A DNA stretch of 64,000 bases from Candidatus Cloacimonadales bacterium (GTDB lineage Bacteria; Cloacimonadota; Cloacimonadia; Cloacimonadales; JAFGVF01). The translations under genes were made by a program, and so were the position numbers. Positions within the stretch are counted from its first letter, which is position 1; each line of letters begins with the position of its first letter. The stretch spans positions 896,001 to 960,000 of the forward strand of contig CAXXOU010000001.1 in assembly GCA_963677495.2 (NCBI GenBank), in the 5' to 3' direction. This document shows positions 30,228 through 40,144 of this stretch, one piece after another. Under the pieces are notes generated by a model that was not told the origin of the DNA, did not search any database, and worked only from the letters and a program-made list of their open reading frames with translations.

Positions 30228-31703
30228 ATGATTGGAGTAGAAGTGTATCATTCAATAAAAACTATGCATAAGCAAGGGCATAGTCAGCGTAAGATCGCAG
30301 AGGAGTTGTCTCTATCAAAGACAACAGTAGGTAAATACATAAATATGACACTTGATGAGTTCATGGAACTAATAAACAATAGCATTCGTGAAAGCAGTTT
30401 TGCCATATGTGAGCAATATGTCCGCGAAAGGCTTAGCAAATATCCACGATTAAGAGCTAGTGTACTATATTTAGAAGTTAAGAAAAAGTTCCCTGAGATA
30501 AAAGCAAAAGACAGAGCTTTCCGAGATTTTGTTCGTAAGCTAAAGCAGACTTATCCTGTCGATAAATACCGTAATTATGCAGTAATCGAGACGGCTCCCG
30601 GTGTTCAGGTTCAAGTTGATCCAGGTGAGATGAAAGTAGTTTTGGGTAATAAACGTCAAAGAGTTTATTTTATAGTTTTTGTGCTTTCCCACTCGCGTCA
30701 AAGCTATGTCCATTGGAGCACAACACCATATAACACATCAAGGTTTATTGAAGCTCATCGTGAAGCTTTTATCTATTTTGAAGGTATCCCTTCAGAGTGT
30801 GTTTACGACCAGACAAAGCTTGTAGTAATACAGGAACGCTATCGGGAAGTAATCTTAAATAATCAGTTCCATCAGTTTGCAGCAAAAACGGGCTTTCATC
30901 CTCATGTATGCGAAGGCTATGATCCACAAAGCAAGGGTAAAGTAGAGCGTAATGTCTCAGAAGTAAAGCATGGCTTTATGTATGGCAAAGAGTTCAAAGA
31001 CCTGGCAGACCTGCGTTCACGCGGACTTGAGTGGCTTTTACACTTTAACGGCAGAACCCATGGCACAACCCGTAAAGTACCATCAGAAGTATGGCAAGAA
31101 GAGAGGTTAAAGCTAAAAGATATTCCAGAGTTTATCTTCACTTTAGAAGTTCGTAATGCAGATAAAACAGGCTTAATCTCGTATGAGGGTAATAAGTACT
31201 CTGTTCCATTAGAGTATCAGCGAAAACAGGTATATGTGCAAAAAGAAAAGAGCACTTTAGTGGTGATGGATATTTATACAAGAAAGGAAATCTGCCAACA
31301 TGAGCTATGCACAGAAAAAGGCAAAATCATCAAAAACACTAATCATTATCGGGATTTTACGGTAGTGCTACAAGAGCTTATTGAGCGAGTAAAGGATGAG
31401 ATGAGTGAATATATCCAAGGAGAAGAACTAATCCAGAGGCTTGTTAATGATAACCCTAAAATAGCAAGGGATCAGTTGAGAGCCTTAAGCAAGTTTAAGC
31501 GTAACTATGAAACAGATGTATGGGAGTCAGTGCTTCCTGAGGTAATGACTCTTTCGCATGTAAAGGCAACAGCCATAGAGAAGCTTCTGAATGCAAAAGT
31601 AAGACAAATGAAGCTAAATGAATTATCAGAATCAGAACCACAACAAGACTCAGAGAGTTCATTAATAGAGCGCTCATTAGATGACTACATGAAGGTGTTA
31701 TAA
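30228..31703 (+). CDS. istA: IS21 transposase IstA
   Basis: N-terminal HTH, QVD, YDQ, SKGKVER (DDE), YSVP; ATG at 30228 preferred over the track's 30171 start. Confidence 0.93.
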   Translation: MIGVEVYHSIKTMHKQGHSQRKIAEELSLSKTTVGKYINMTLDEFMELINNSIRESSFAICEQYVRERLSKYPRLRASVLYLEVKKKFPEIKAKDRAFRDFVRKLKQTYPVDKYRNYAVIETAPGVQVQVDPGEMKVVLGNKRQRVYFIVFVLSHSRQSYVHWSTTPYNTSRFIEAHREAFIYFEGIPSECVYDQTKLVVIQERYREVILNNQFHQFAAKTGFHPHVCEGYDPQSKGKVERNVSEVKHGFMYGKEFKDLADLRSRGLEWLLHFNGRTHGTTRKVPSEVWQEERLKLKDIPEFIFTLEVRNADKTGLISYEGNKYSVPLEYQRKQVYVQKEKSTLVVMDIYTRKEICQHELCTEKGKIIKNTNHYRDFTVVLQELIERVKDEMSEYIQGEELIQRLVNDNPKIARDQLRALSKFKRNYETDVWESVLPEVMTLSHVKATAIEKLLNAKVRQMKLNELSESEPQQDSESSLIERSLDDYMKVL

Positions 31704-31704
31704 G

Positions 31705-32436
31705 ATGATAGAGATAACTAAAACATACATCAAAAGGGCTCGTTGTACTCATATTTTGAATACTCTTGAAAGTGCAGTTTTAGAAGCAGAGAAACAGAAT
31801 ATGACTTATCTGGAGTTCGTACATTATCTATTTGAAAAAGAGAACTCAGGAAGGAATCAAACCAATATCAACAGAAGACTTAAACAGGCTCACATCCCGG
31901 TAATAAAGACCTTTGATGAGTTCGACTATGCTTATCAACAAGTAATAACCAAAAGACAAGTAAAGGAGTGGAAGAACTTTGTCTGGCTGGAGCAGAGGAG
32001 GAATATAATTTTAATGGGACCTCCGGGAGTAGGTAAGACTCATGTTGCAACAGCACTCAGTTATGAAGCAATAAAGGCAGGATATAAGGTGGTGTTTTAT
32101 AATCTGAACAACCTTATCGAAGAACTTGTACTAGCTGAAGCAGATAACAACATAGATAAATATCTAAGCAATATAGCCAAGAATGATCTGATAGTTATAG
32201 ATGAGATGGGGTATCTTCCTCTCCAGACAAAGGCAGCTAATCTGTTCTTTAGACTCATCCATCTCTTATACGAATTTAGATCAGTAATCATAACATCGAA
32301 TAGGTTGTTTAATGAATGGGGAGCTATTTTTAACGACAATGTGATAGCAACTGCTATTCTTGATAGATTACTCCATCACTCACAACCAATTACAATGCTC
32401 GGAGACAGCTTTAGACTAAGGAATTTTCAAAAATGA
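31705..32436 (+). CDS. istB: IS21 helper ATPase IstB
   Basis: GPPGVGKTH, IVIDEMGY, ITSN, AILDRLLHH, GDSFR. Confidence 0.95.
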   Translation: MIEITKTYIKRARCTHILNTLESAVLEAEKQNMTYLEFVHYLFEKENSGRNQTNINRRLKQAHIPVIKTFDEFDYAYQQVITKRQVKEWKNFVWLEQRRNIILMGPPGVGKTHVATALSYEAIKAGYKVVFYNLNNLIEELVLAEADNNIDKYLSNIAKNDLIVIDEMGYLPLQTKAANLFFRLIHLLYEFRSVIITSNRLFNEWGAIFNDNVIATAILDRLLHHSQPITMLGDSFRLRNFQK

Positions 32437-32895
32437 AGACTGTACCATTTTTAAATGCCAAACTGTACCAATTTAAAATGCCATTGACAGACTTACGCCT
32501 TTTCAAGGCTAAAGCAGGCTCTTCAAGCTATGTGCAAGTGAGGACACTCGCACTACTTTTACAACAACATCTTGTCACTAACGAGGATACAGCATGCTGT
32601 ATCCCTACAATATAGCCCTAAATGGGCTAAATATGAATAGCCCCGGGTTTTGTGAACCCGGGGTCATATACCCAAAAGATCATTAGAACCATGAAGGGGT
32701 TCAACGATTCCTTGACAAAGAAAATGATGCTACTTAAATAAACCTTTAGAATGGTCTTTTGACCTTCTAAATGGTTGATTAGATATTAATATGGGCAGGC
32801 TTGCCTGCCCTTTTTTAGATTTTGGAGAGCATCGCCTATGTCGATGCTCTTGATTTGACATAGTCAATTATCTCCATATTAACAAAGCAGGTCTT

Positions 32896-35328
32896 ATGAA
32901 AAAAATAATATTAGCTATATTATTTATCGTATCAGTAATATTTCTTAATGCATTAGTAAGAGAAGTATCGCTAGATGGTTCTCATCAATTCACTAGTATC
33001 CAATCAGCAATTGATTATGCTGCTGATGGTGATACAGTCCTTGTGTACCCCGGTAGATATTTTGAGAATATAGCAGTAATTGAGAAAGAACTCAAGATTT
33101 TAAGTCATTATGTAATATCCAATACCTGGGATGATGTTTTGAATACTGTAATTGATGCTAATTCATTATCTAATTGCTTGCGAGTAGAAAGTAACGCTAT
33201 TGTTACATTTAATGGATTCATGCTGGAAAATGGTATCGGACATTTCTACAGTATAAGTTATGGCTATGGAGGTGGGGTATCTGTGTACGATGATAGTACT
33301 CTGAACTTAAGCAATTGTGTTATTCAAAACAATGAAGCTACAGTTGCCGGTGGTGTTGGAGTAACTGATTGGTGCACATTGAACTTATCCGGAACAATTA
33401 TTAGGAATAATAAATCAGTTTATCGTGGTGGTGGGCTGGGTTCTTATGGAGGGATAATCAATTTTAGTGAAGAAAACCCTTGTAGTATCTATAACAATTA
33501 TGGTGATATACAAGATATTTATATGAGTGGAGTGTTATCAAGTACAATCTATCTCGACACATTGAGTTTAAATATTACTGAGCCTGATGGTTATTTTGTT
33601 TCATATTACTCAAGTAGTGGTCATCCTTCTCCTGCTGTTTCAGTGCAAAACGCCTATTACAATCAGATTGATGCTGATTTGTATGTATCATCGGACGGTG
33701 CTGACAGTAACGACGGTCTAACCCCTGAAACTGCACTAAGGACTATAGCCTATGCAAATCGTTTGGTTCAACCTGATAGTATTGATACTAACACCGTGCA
33801 CATATTACCGGGGACTTATAGCACTGAGCTGAATAATCAGTTTTTCCCAATTGCTATTCAATCCAATACTAATATGATTGGTACAGGGAATGGACCTGAA
33901 GAGGTAGTCATTGGTGATGAATGGGGTATGAATCAGATAATCCCAAGGTATTCAGAAAACATTGAAATCGCTAATATGTTAATACATCGTGCAAATGAAG
34001 ATACTGACTTTTCATTGGGTGCTGGAAGGTGCAATAATCTATATATTCATGACATCATACTACAAGAGAACAATAACGAGGAACCCGGGGTTGCTATAAG
34101 TTCATGTTCAGATGTACTCATTGAAAATGTTACTGTTCAAGATATAGATAACAATCGAGATGGACTAAGATGTATTAAGATTAACGAATGCAATAATGTG
34201 ACTCTTAACAACATAATTGTTGATAATATCTATAATATGAATAATGATGGGTTTAATATATATTTCTATATGTCAAAGAGTCAAGTAATGGCAAATAATA
34301 TATCAATAACCAATTGTTTTGAGAATGCAACAGGGAGGATGTTCCAGTTTGGAAATTCGAGTACAAACGGTAATCCTGAAGGTAGTATCCATCTGAATAA
34401 CCTGCTCTTCTATAATAATCAAGCTTTATCCAACGAATCTACATTGCTTGGGTTTTCTTCTCGATTCAACGATAACTATATTAATAATGTTTCTATTGTA
34501 CATAATTTCATACCCTCAATTATTACTGCCTTTGTGGGAAACTTTACTGTGAGAAATGGTATATTCTATAATCCAAATGTTGGCTGTGAGATAGAGATTT
34601 GGGAACCTGCCAATGGAGATCCAACACCATTATGGTCGAATGTAGACTTAGATTATAACCTTATTAGAAACGGATTAGCAGGAATCCCGGGAGCAGACAA
34701 TCCCAATAACAATGTATTATGGGGTGATCATAATATAAATGCTAATCCAATGTTTAGAGGAGATGTAGAAGGTGATATACCTTTGGGAGACCCGAGATGG
34801 GTGCAACTGACAGAGAACTCACCATGTGTGAATGCAGGAACTCCTGATACACTTGGTATGAATCTACCGGCTTTGGATATAACAGGTAACCCGAGAGTGT
34901 GGGGGGATATCATTGATATGGGTGCACATGAGTATAATCCTACAGTTGAGAATAGTGATGAAACAGCACCAACCCCACCAGCAACGATACAGGTGTCTCA
35001 TTTCCCTAATCCTGTGACACCGAATGGAAACAATGGCAAGGTAGCATTCATAGAGTTTACACTTCCAAAGAAACCAATCGAGAAACCAACGTTAGAGATA
35101 TACAATATCAAAGGTCAGAAGGTTAGAGATTTGAAGATAACTCAGAGTTTTTCACAACTGGTTAGAAGTGCAGGTTTGTCATCAGAAGATAAGCAGACTG
35201 GGGAGCACTACTCTAAGATTTGGGATTGTAAGGATAATAATCGTAAGACAGTAGCTTCAGGGATATACTTCTACAAGGTAAGTTGTGAGGGTGAAGAGGC
35301 TATTGGTAGGATGATGGTGGTGAAGTAG
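32896..35328 (+). CDS. Secreted parallel beta-helix protein (DUF1565/choice-of-anchor-Q-like) with FlgD-Ig/T9SS-like C-terminal domain
   Basis: Signal peptide, SIQSAID..DGDTVLV.PG.Y, GGG repeats, YVS..G.D.NDG, SPCVNAG...DMGA.E, FPNP...YNIKGQKV...SGIYFY. Confidence 0.85.
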   Translation: MKKIILAILFIVSVIFLNALVREVSLDGSHQFTSIQSAIDYAADGDTVLVYPGRYFENIAVIEKELKILSHYVISNTWDDVLNTVIDANSLSNCLRVESNAIVTFNGFMLENGIGHFYSISYGYGGGVSVYDDSTLNLSNCVIQNNEATVAGGVGVTDWCTLNLSGTIIRNNKSVYRGGGLGSYGGIINFSEENPCSIYNNYGDIQDIYMSGVLSSTIYLDTLSLNITEPDGYFVSYYSSSGHPSPAVSVQNAYYNQIDADLYVSSDGADSNDGLTPETALRTIAYANRLVQPDSIDTNTVHILPGTYSTELNNQFFPIAIQSNTNMIGTGNGPEEVVIGDEWGMNQIIPRYSENIEIANMLIHRANEDTDFSLGAGRCNNLYIHDIILQENNNEEPGVAISSCSDVLIENVTVQDIDNNRDGLRCIKINECNNVTLNNIIVDNIYNMNNDGFNIYFYMSKSQVMANNISITNCFENATGRMFQFGNSSTNGNPEGSIHLNNLLFYNNQALSNESTLLGFSSRFNDNYINNVSIVHNFIPSIITAFVGNFTVRNGIFYNPNVGCEIEIWEPANGDPTPLWSNVDLDYNLIRNGLAGIPGADNPNNNVLWGDHNINANPMFRGDVEGDIPLGDPRWVQLTENSPCVNAGTPDTLGMNLPALDITGNPRVWGDIIDMGAHEYNPTVENSDETAPTPPATIQVSHFPNPVTPNGNNGKVAFIEFTLPKKPIEKPTLEIYNIKGQKVRDLKITQSFSQLVRSAGLSSEDKQTGEHYSKIWDCKDNNRKTVASGIYFYKVSCEGEEAIGRMMVVK

Positions 35329-35997
35329 GAAGAAGTGAATCGCAATGTAGTGTGATTCGCTAATTCAGATAGAGGTTCAACCAGACAACTTATTCCCGCC
35401 CCACACTTCGTTGCGGCCTGTCAGGGCGTAGATTTTAAGCGAAGACTGATGCAAGTCCGATGTTACGTGACAAGACAAACCGACATAGTCGGTTAACTCC
35501 ATAATATTGCAGATTTCGTTCTCGCGTCACGCTGACTCTGCAACGCAAGTCCGAGATCCCAATACTACCTTTTCAATGGTCCAAAGACCTTGAAAATGGT
35601 ACTCTTGCAATGTATCAATAACTTCTTTGAACTACGCAATTCCCCAAACTCCCGTTGGTCATACAGGTGACCGCTTCGCAAACATCAACTACTCCGAGTT
35701 GCACCATCTCAAGGTCTGCGACCATTAAGAAGGTACAGATATTCCTGCCATTTCATTCTTACCTCAAGAACCTTCGCTTATCAGCTACTGCTTCTCAGGC
35801 ACTATCGTTGCGGTGCAGGTTTGAAACAAGTATAATCAATAATAATGAAAAATTTAGTTTACATCCATCGAACAAAAAGAAAAATCACATCTATATACAG
35901 AACTAAGTGTTTATATGATTAGTAAACAGCTTCAACCTGTTGAGGTTGAAGAGATATATAGAAAATCTTCTCGAAAGAGAACAGTTATTTTAAAAAA

Positions 35998-37785
35998 TTG
36001 GACAAATGTATGAAACGTGAGAAAAGAACTAAGCAGTTCGCCCGTGTTTTACCACTACTTAAGAAAACTTGGCCAAAGATAGCTTTAGGTGTTGTCACAC
36101 TTATAATAGTAGATACACTTCAGCTAATTATTCCAAAGTTTACCCAGAAAGCAATTGATGGAATTCAGACAGGCATACTTGATAAAGCAGGTTTAGCACA
36201 AATAGCCCTACATATTTTCCTTCTGACAATGGGCATTGTGGTTATGAGATTCTTATGGAGATACCTTATAGTCGGGAACTCTTTCTTTATTGAGACCGAA
36301 TTGAGACAAAATTTCTACAACCACCTTTTAAAATTATCCCAGAACTTCTACAATTACAACAAAATTGGTGATCTGATGGCACATGCTACAAATGACTTGA
36401 ATGCTGTCAGAATGCTATTTGGTTTTGGTGTAATTGCTGCATCAGATATTATCCTGATGTTCCTTGCATCTCTCGGGTTTATGGTAAATATCAATGGTAA
36501 ACTGACATTGCTGGCTATTATTCCACTACCGATATTAACCTTAATTATTCTCTTCTTTGGAAAGAGAGTTCATATGTATTTTGGACAGGTACAGAACTCC
36601 TTTTCACAGCTAAGTGGAATGATTCAGGAGAGCATTAGTGGTGTTAGAGTTGTGAAAGCTTTCTCACAAGAGGGAAGTGAGTTAAATAAGCTTAGTGATT
36701 ACTCTTATGACTATGTTAAAAAGAACATTACAATGGCAAAACTTCAAGGTGTGTTTAATCCATTGATGACGGTTATTGTGAGTTTGAGTATGGTTATCAC
36801 GCTTGTATTTGGTGGTAGAGCAGCTATCAGTGGCGAAATCACAATTGGTGAGTTCATAGCCTTCTATTCTTATCTGGGTATGCTTGTATGGCCGATGATA
36901 GCAGTTGGTTTTATTATAAACATGTACCAACGTGGTACAGCTTCATTGGTAAGATTAAATAAAATCTTTGAAGCTCAGCCCGAAGTTAATGAAGCAAATA
37001 CAGATAAATCAATCAAAGAGCTGCATGGTAAGATTGAAGTGAATGATTTAACATTCACATATAAGAAAGATGAGCTACCTACTGTTCTGGAGGATATCAA
37101 CTTCACAGTTAATCCGGGTGAAACTTTAGCGATTGTAGGTCCAACAGGTTGTGGAAAAACAACGATTATTGATCTACTTGCAAGAGTGTATAATCCTGAT
37201 GAGAATTCAATTCTTCTTGATAGTAATGATCTTCACAAAGTACCTTCAGAGACTTTATATAGAGACCTCTTAATGGTACCTCAAGAGATATTCCTCTTTT
37301 CAGATACAATTGCAAACAATATAGCTTTAGCAAAACCAAATGCAACTTCAGATGAAATTATGCAAGCTGCTGAGTTAGCACAAGTACATGGTGATATTGC
37401 CGGTTTCGATAAAGGATATGAGACAATCGTCGGAGAACGTGGTGTTACATTATCCGGAGGTCAGAAACAGCGTGTTGCGATTGCCAGAGCTTTACTTGGT
37501 AACCCAAAAATACTTATACTTGATGATGCTCTCTCAGCTGTTGATACTAAGACAGAGAGATCTATCATTAATCATCTTGTAAGAATCAGAAAAGATAAAA
37601 CTACTATCATTATTGCCCATAGAATCTCATCGATCCAGCATGCTGATAAGATTATTGTTCTTAATGAGAAGAGAATTGCTGAGAGTGGAACTCATGAAGA
37701 ACTACTTGCAAAACAGGGATTATATTGGGATCTGAACGAGAAACAGAAACTTGAAGAAAAGATAAGTGGAGGTGAACATGCCTAG
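35998..37785 (+). CDS. ABC exporter, fused TMD-NBD (MdlA-like half transporter)
   Basis: 6 TM helices, GPTGCGKT, LSGGQKQR, ILDD; start may be ATG 36010. Confidence 0.93.
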   Translation: MDKCMKREKRTKQFARVLPLLKKTWPKIALGVVTLIIVDTLQLIIPKFTQKAIDGIQTGILDKAGLAQIALHIFLLTMGIVVMRFLWRYLIVGNSFFIETELRQNFYNHLLKLSQNFYNYNKIGDLMAHATNDLNAVRMLFGFGVIAASDIILMFLASLGFMVNINGKLTLLAIIPLPILTLIILFFGKRVHMYFGQVQNSFSQLSGMIQESISGVRVVKAFSQEGSELNKLSDYSYDYVKKNITMAKLQGVFNPLMTVIVSLSMVITLVFGGRAAISGEITIGEFIAFYSYLGMLVWPMIAVGFIINMYQRGTASLVRLNKIFEAQPEVNEANTDKSIKELHGKIEVNDLTFTYKKDELPTVLEDINFTVNPGETLAIVGPTGCGKTTIIDLLARVYNPDENSILLDSNDLHKVPSETLYRDLLMVPQEIFLFSDTIANNIALAKPNATSDEIMQAAELAQVHGDIAGFDKGYETIVGERGVTLSGGQKQRVAIARALLGNPKILILDDALSAVDTKTERSIINHLVRIRKDKTTIIIAHRISSIQHADKIIVLNEKRIAESGTHEELLAKQGLYWDLNEKQKLEEKISGGEHA

Positions 37786-39913
37786 AGGTGGCGGACCCGG
37801 ACATGGTGGCGGTATGAACGTTGATGACCTTCAAGGAAAAATCTATGATAGAAAGCTTTATGGACGCTTGTTTGTCTATGTAAAGCCATATATGCATATA
37901 ATAGCAATGGCATTCGTTGTAATGCTTGCGTTAGCTTTTGTTGAAATATATCTTCCACTTGTTACAAAGACAGCGATGGACGACCATGTGGTTTCTAATC
38001 GTTCAATCCTGATTCTTGATGATGAAGTCAAACAGGAAGAGTTCGAAAAGAGATATGGGAAGCTTAAGTTTAATAAGTATGATGCCGGTGATATAGAGTA
38101 CGTAATTGTACCAACGAAGAAACGTAAACAGATAGGCAAGAAAGAGATTACAGAATATACTGAAGCCGGTATGTTGACAACTGCTAAGTATTACTTCACT
38201 GATAATAATTCTGAGCATTTAAAAATTCTGAATAGTTATGAACCTGTAGATAAAGAAGTAATAATACTTTCAGAAAAAGAGCTAGCTTTCTCTGAGACTA
38301 TCTCTAAAAGATTTAAGTCAAAAGATTGGCTAAAACTCAGAGAGAGAGATACTGACAGATTAATGTATTATGGTTTAATATACCTGATATTTGTTCTTTT
38401 GCAGTTCGCGTTTAACTTCCTGCAAGTCTTTATGACTACTTATGCATCACAACACGCAATGAATGACTTACGTAAAGACCTGTTCGGACATTTGCAAAGA
38501 ATGCCTGTGTCTTTCTTTGATAAGAATCCTGTAGGTCGACTTGTAACAAGGGTTACAAATGATATCAGGACCTTAGATGAGATGTTGGCTACAGGAGCAA
38601 TAACAATTATACAAGATGTACTTAAGATTATTGCTATCATGATATTGATGCTTAACTTAAACGTTGAGCTTTCACTTGTATCTTTCAGTTTAATCCCAAT
38701 CATAATTATGCTGATATTCCTCTATAAGAAGAAAATCAGACCAATATATAGAGAAGTAAGAAAGAAGATAGCCGGTTTGAATGCAACTCTTGCTGAGCAT
38801 ATGTCCGGTTCAAAGATAATTCAGATATTCAACCAATATGATGCAAAGAAGAAAGAGTTTAGTGACAAGAATGAGAGCTACTACAGGACTACCCTCAAAC
38901 AGCTTACGTTAAATGCATTCTTTAATCCTCTTATTCGTATTTGTACTCATATAGCTATTGCCCTTATCATCTGGTATGGTGGTGGAAAGATACTTGATAA
39001 TGTAATTACAATCGGTCTCTTCATGGCTTTTACTGAATATGTTCGTAAGTTATTCGAACCAATCAATCAGTTCAGTCAGAAGTTTGATATACTTCAAGCA
39101 GCTTTAACCGGTGCAGAGAGAATCTTCGGACTAATGGATGACCCACAGGATGACTATAGAGAAGAACTCACATCAGAGAAGAAATTTGATGGAAGCATTG
39201 AGTTTAAGAATCTTTGGTTAGCTTATAACCAGGAAGAGTGGGTACTTAAAGATGTTTCTTTTAAGATAAATCCAGGTGAGAAGGTAGCTTTAGTCGGTCA
39301 TACAGGTTCAGGTAAAACCTCTATAGTTAATCTGATACTTGGAATGTATCCGTATCAGAAGGGTGAGATACTTCTTGATGGAGAACCAATTAAGTCTCAT
39401 TCTCTACCGGATATTCGAAGCAATATTGGTATTGTGCAACAGGATGTGTTCCTATTCTCCGGTACTATAAAAGATAATATTGTTCTTAACAATGAGAAAT
39501 TGAGTCAGGATAGATTGGAAGAGGTGGCTCATATGGTAAATGTGGATAAGTTCATTGATACATTACCCGGAAAATATGAAGAGCCCGTTCAAGAGCGTGG
39601 TGCAACTTTCTCAGTTGGTCAAAGACAGTTGATTGCCTTTGCTCGTGTTCTTGCCTATGATCCTTCAATATTCATACTAGATGAAGCCACATCAAACATT
39701 GATACAGAGACCGAGATCCTGATTCAATCAGCCCTTGAGCGAGTTATGGAAAACCGTACTTCCATTATTATTGCACACAGATTGTCTACAATTCAGCATT
39801 GTGATAGAATCATTGTTTTGCACAAAGGTAAGATAATGGAAGAGGGTAATCATCAAGAACTTCTACAGAAAGAAGGTTTGTATTATGACCTTTATAAGTT
39901 GCAATATAGCTAA
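37778..39913 (+). CDS. ABC exporter, fused TMD-NBD (MdlB-like partner) with ~110-aa extracytoplasmic insertion
   Basis: GHTGSGKT, FSVGQRQ, ILDEAT; ATG 37778 follows ggaggt. Confidence 0.92.
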   Translation: MPRGGGPGHGGGMNVDDLQGKIYDRKLYGRLFVYVKPYMHIIAMAFVVMLALAFVEIYLPLVTKTAMDDHVVSNRSILILDDEVKQEEFEKRYGKLKFNKYDAGDIEYVIVPTKKRKQIGKKEITEYTEAGMLTTAKYYFTDNNSEHLKILNSYEPVDKEVIILSEKELAFSETISKRFKSKDWLKLRERDTDRLMYYGLIYLIFVLLQFAFNFLQVFMTTYASQHAMNDLRKDLFGHLQRMPVSFFDKNPVGRLVTRVTNDIRTLDEMLATGAITIIQDVLKIIAIMILMLNLNVELSLVSFSLIPIIIMLIFLYKKKIRPIYREVRKKIAGLNATLAEHMSGSKIIQIFNQYDAKKKEFSDKNESYYRTTLKQLTLNAFFNPLIRICTHIAIALIIWYGGGKILDNVITIGLFMAFTEYVRKLFEPINQFSQKFDILQAALTGAERIFGLMDDPQDDYREELTSEKKFDGSIEFKNLWLAYNQEEWVLKDVSFKINPGEKVALVGHTGSGKTSIVNLILGMYPYQKGEILLDGEPIKSHSLPDIRSNIGIVQQDVFLFSGTIKDNIVLNNEKLSQDRLEEVAHMVNVDKFIDTLPGKYEEPVQERGATFSVGQRQLIAFARVLAYDPSIFILDEATSNIDTETEILIQSALERVMENRTSIIIAHRLSTIQHCDRIIVLHKGKIMEEGNHQELLQKEGLYYDLYKLQYS

Positions 39914-40050
39914 ATTTGGATTAAAATATGCATATTAACTGACTGAACTATGGTAGTTAGAGTAAATAAAGCTTAGATAAATTGATTTTAAATGCAAATC
40001 ATTGAATCAGGCTCACCTTTATAACTACCATTTACAGTCATAATAATAAT

Positions 40051-40080
40051 TTGACAGGAAAAACGGATATTATATATTTT
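40051..40080 (+). promoter_or_regulatory. Candidate sigma70 promoter
   Basis: TTGACA at 40051 with TATATT/TATTTT 16-18 bp downstream; gaggagg RBS before 40145. Confidence 0.5.
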
Positions 40081-40144
40081 GAAATTGTTGTTATGAAGAT
40101 TATGTATAAATATAACGGAATGACCGTATAACAGAGGAGGAATT

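Larger units (their letters stand above)
30130..32489 (+). mobile_element. Complete IS21 family insertion sequence (2360 bp) with 7-bp target site duplication gacttac (30123-30129, 32490-32496)
   Basis: Ends TGTCAATGGCA...TGCCATTGACA, repeated subterminal tggtaca/tgtacca motifs, istA-istB inside. Confidence 0.95.

Noticed and set aside
39940..40040. Integron attC site or SRP RNA
   Set aside because: GTT/AAC cores are in the wrong order for attC, no integrase is present, and the SRP conserved loop motif is absent
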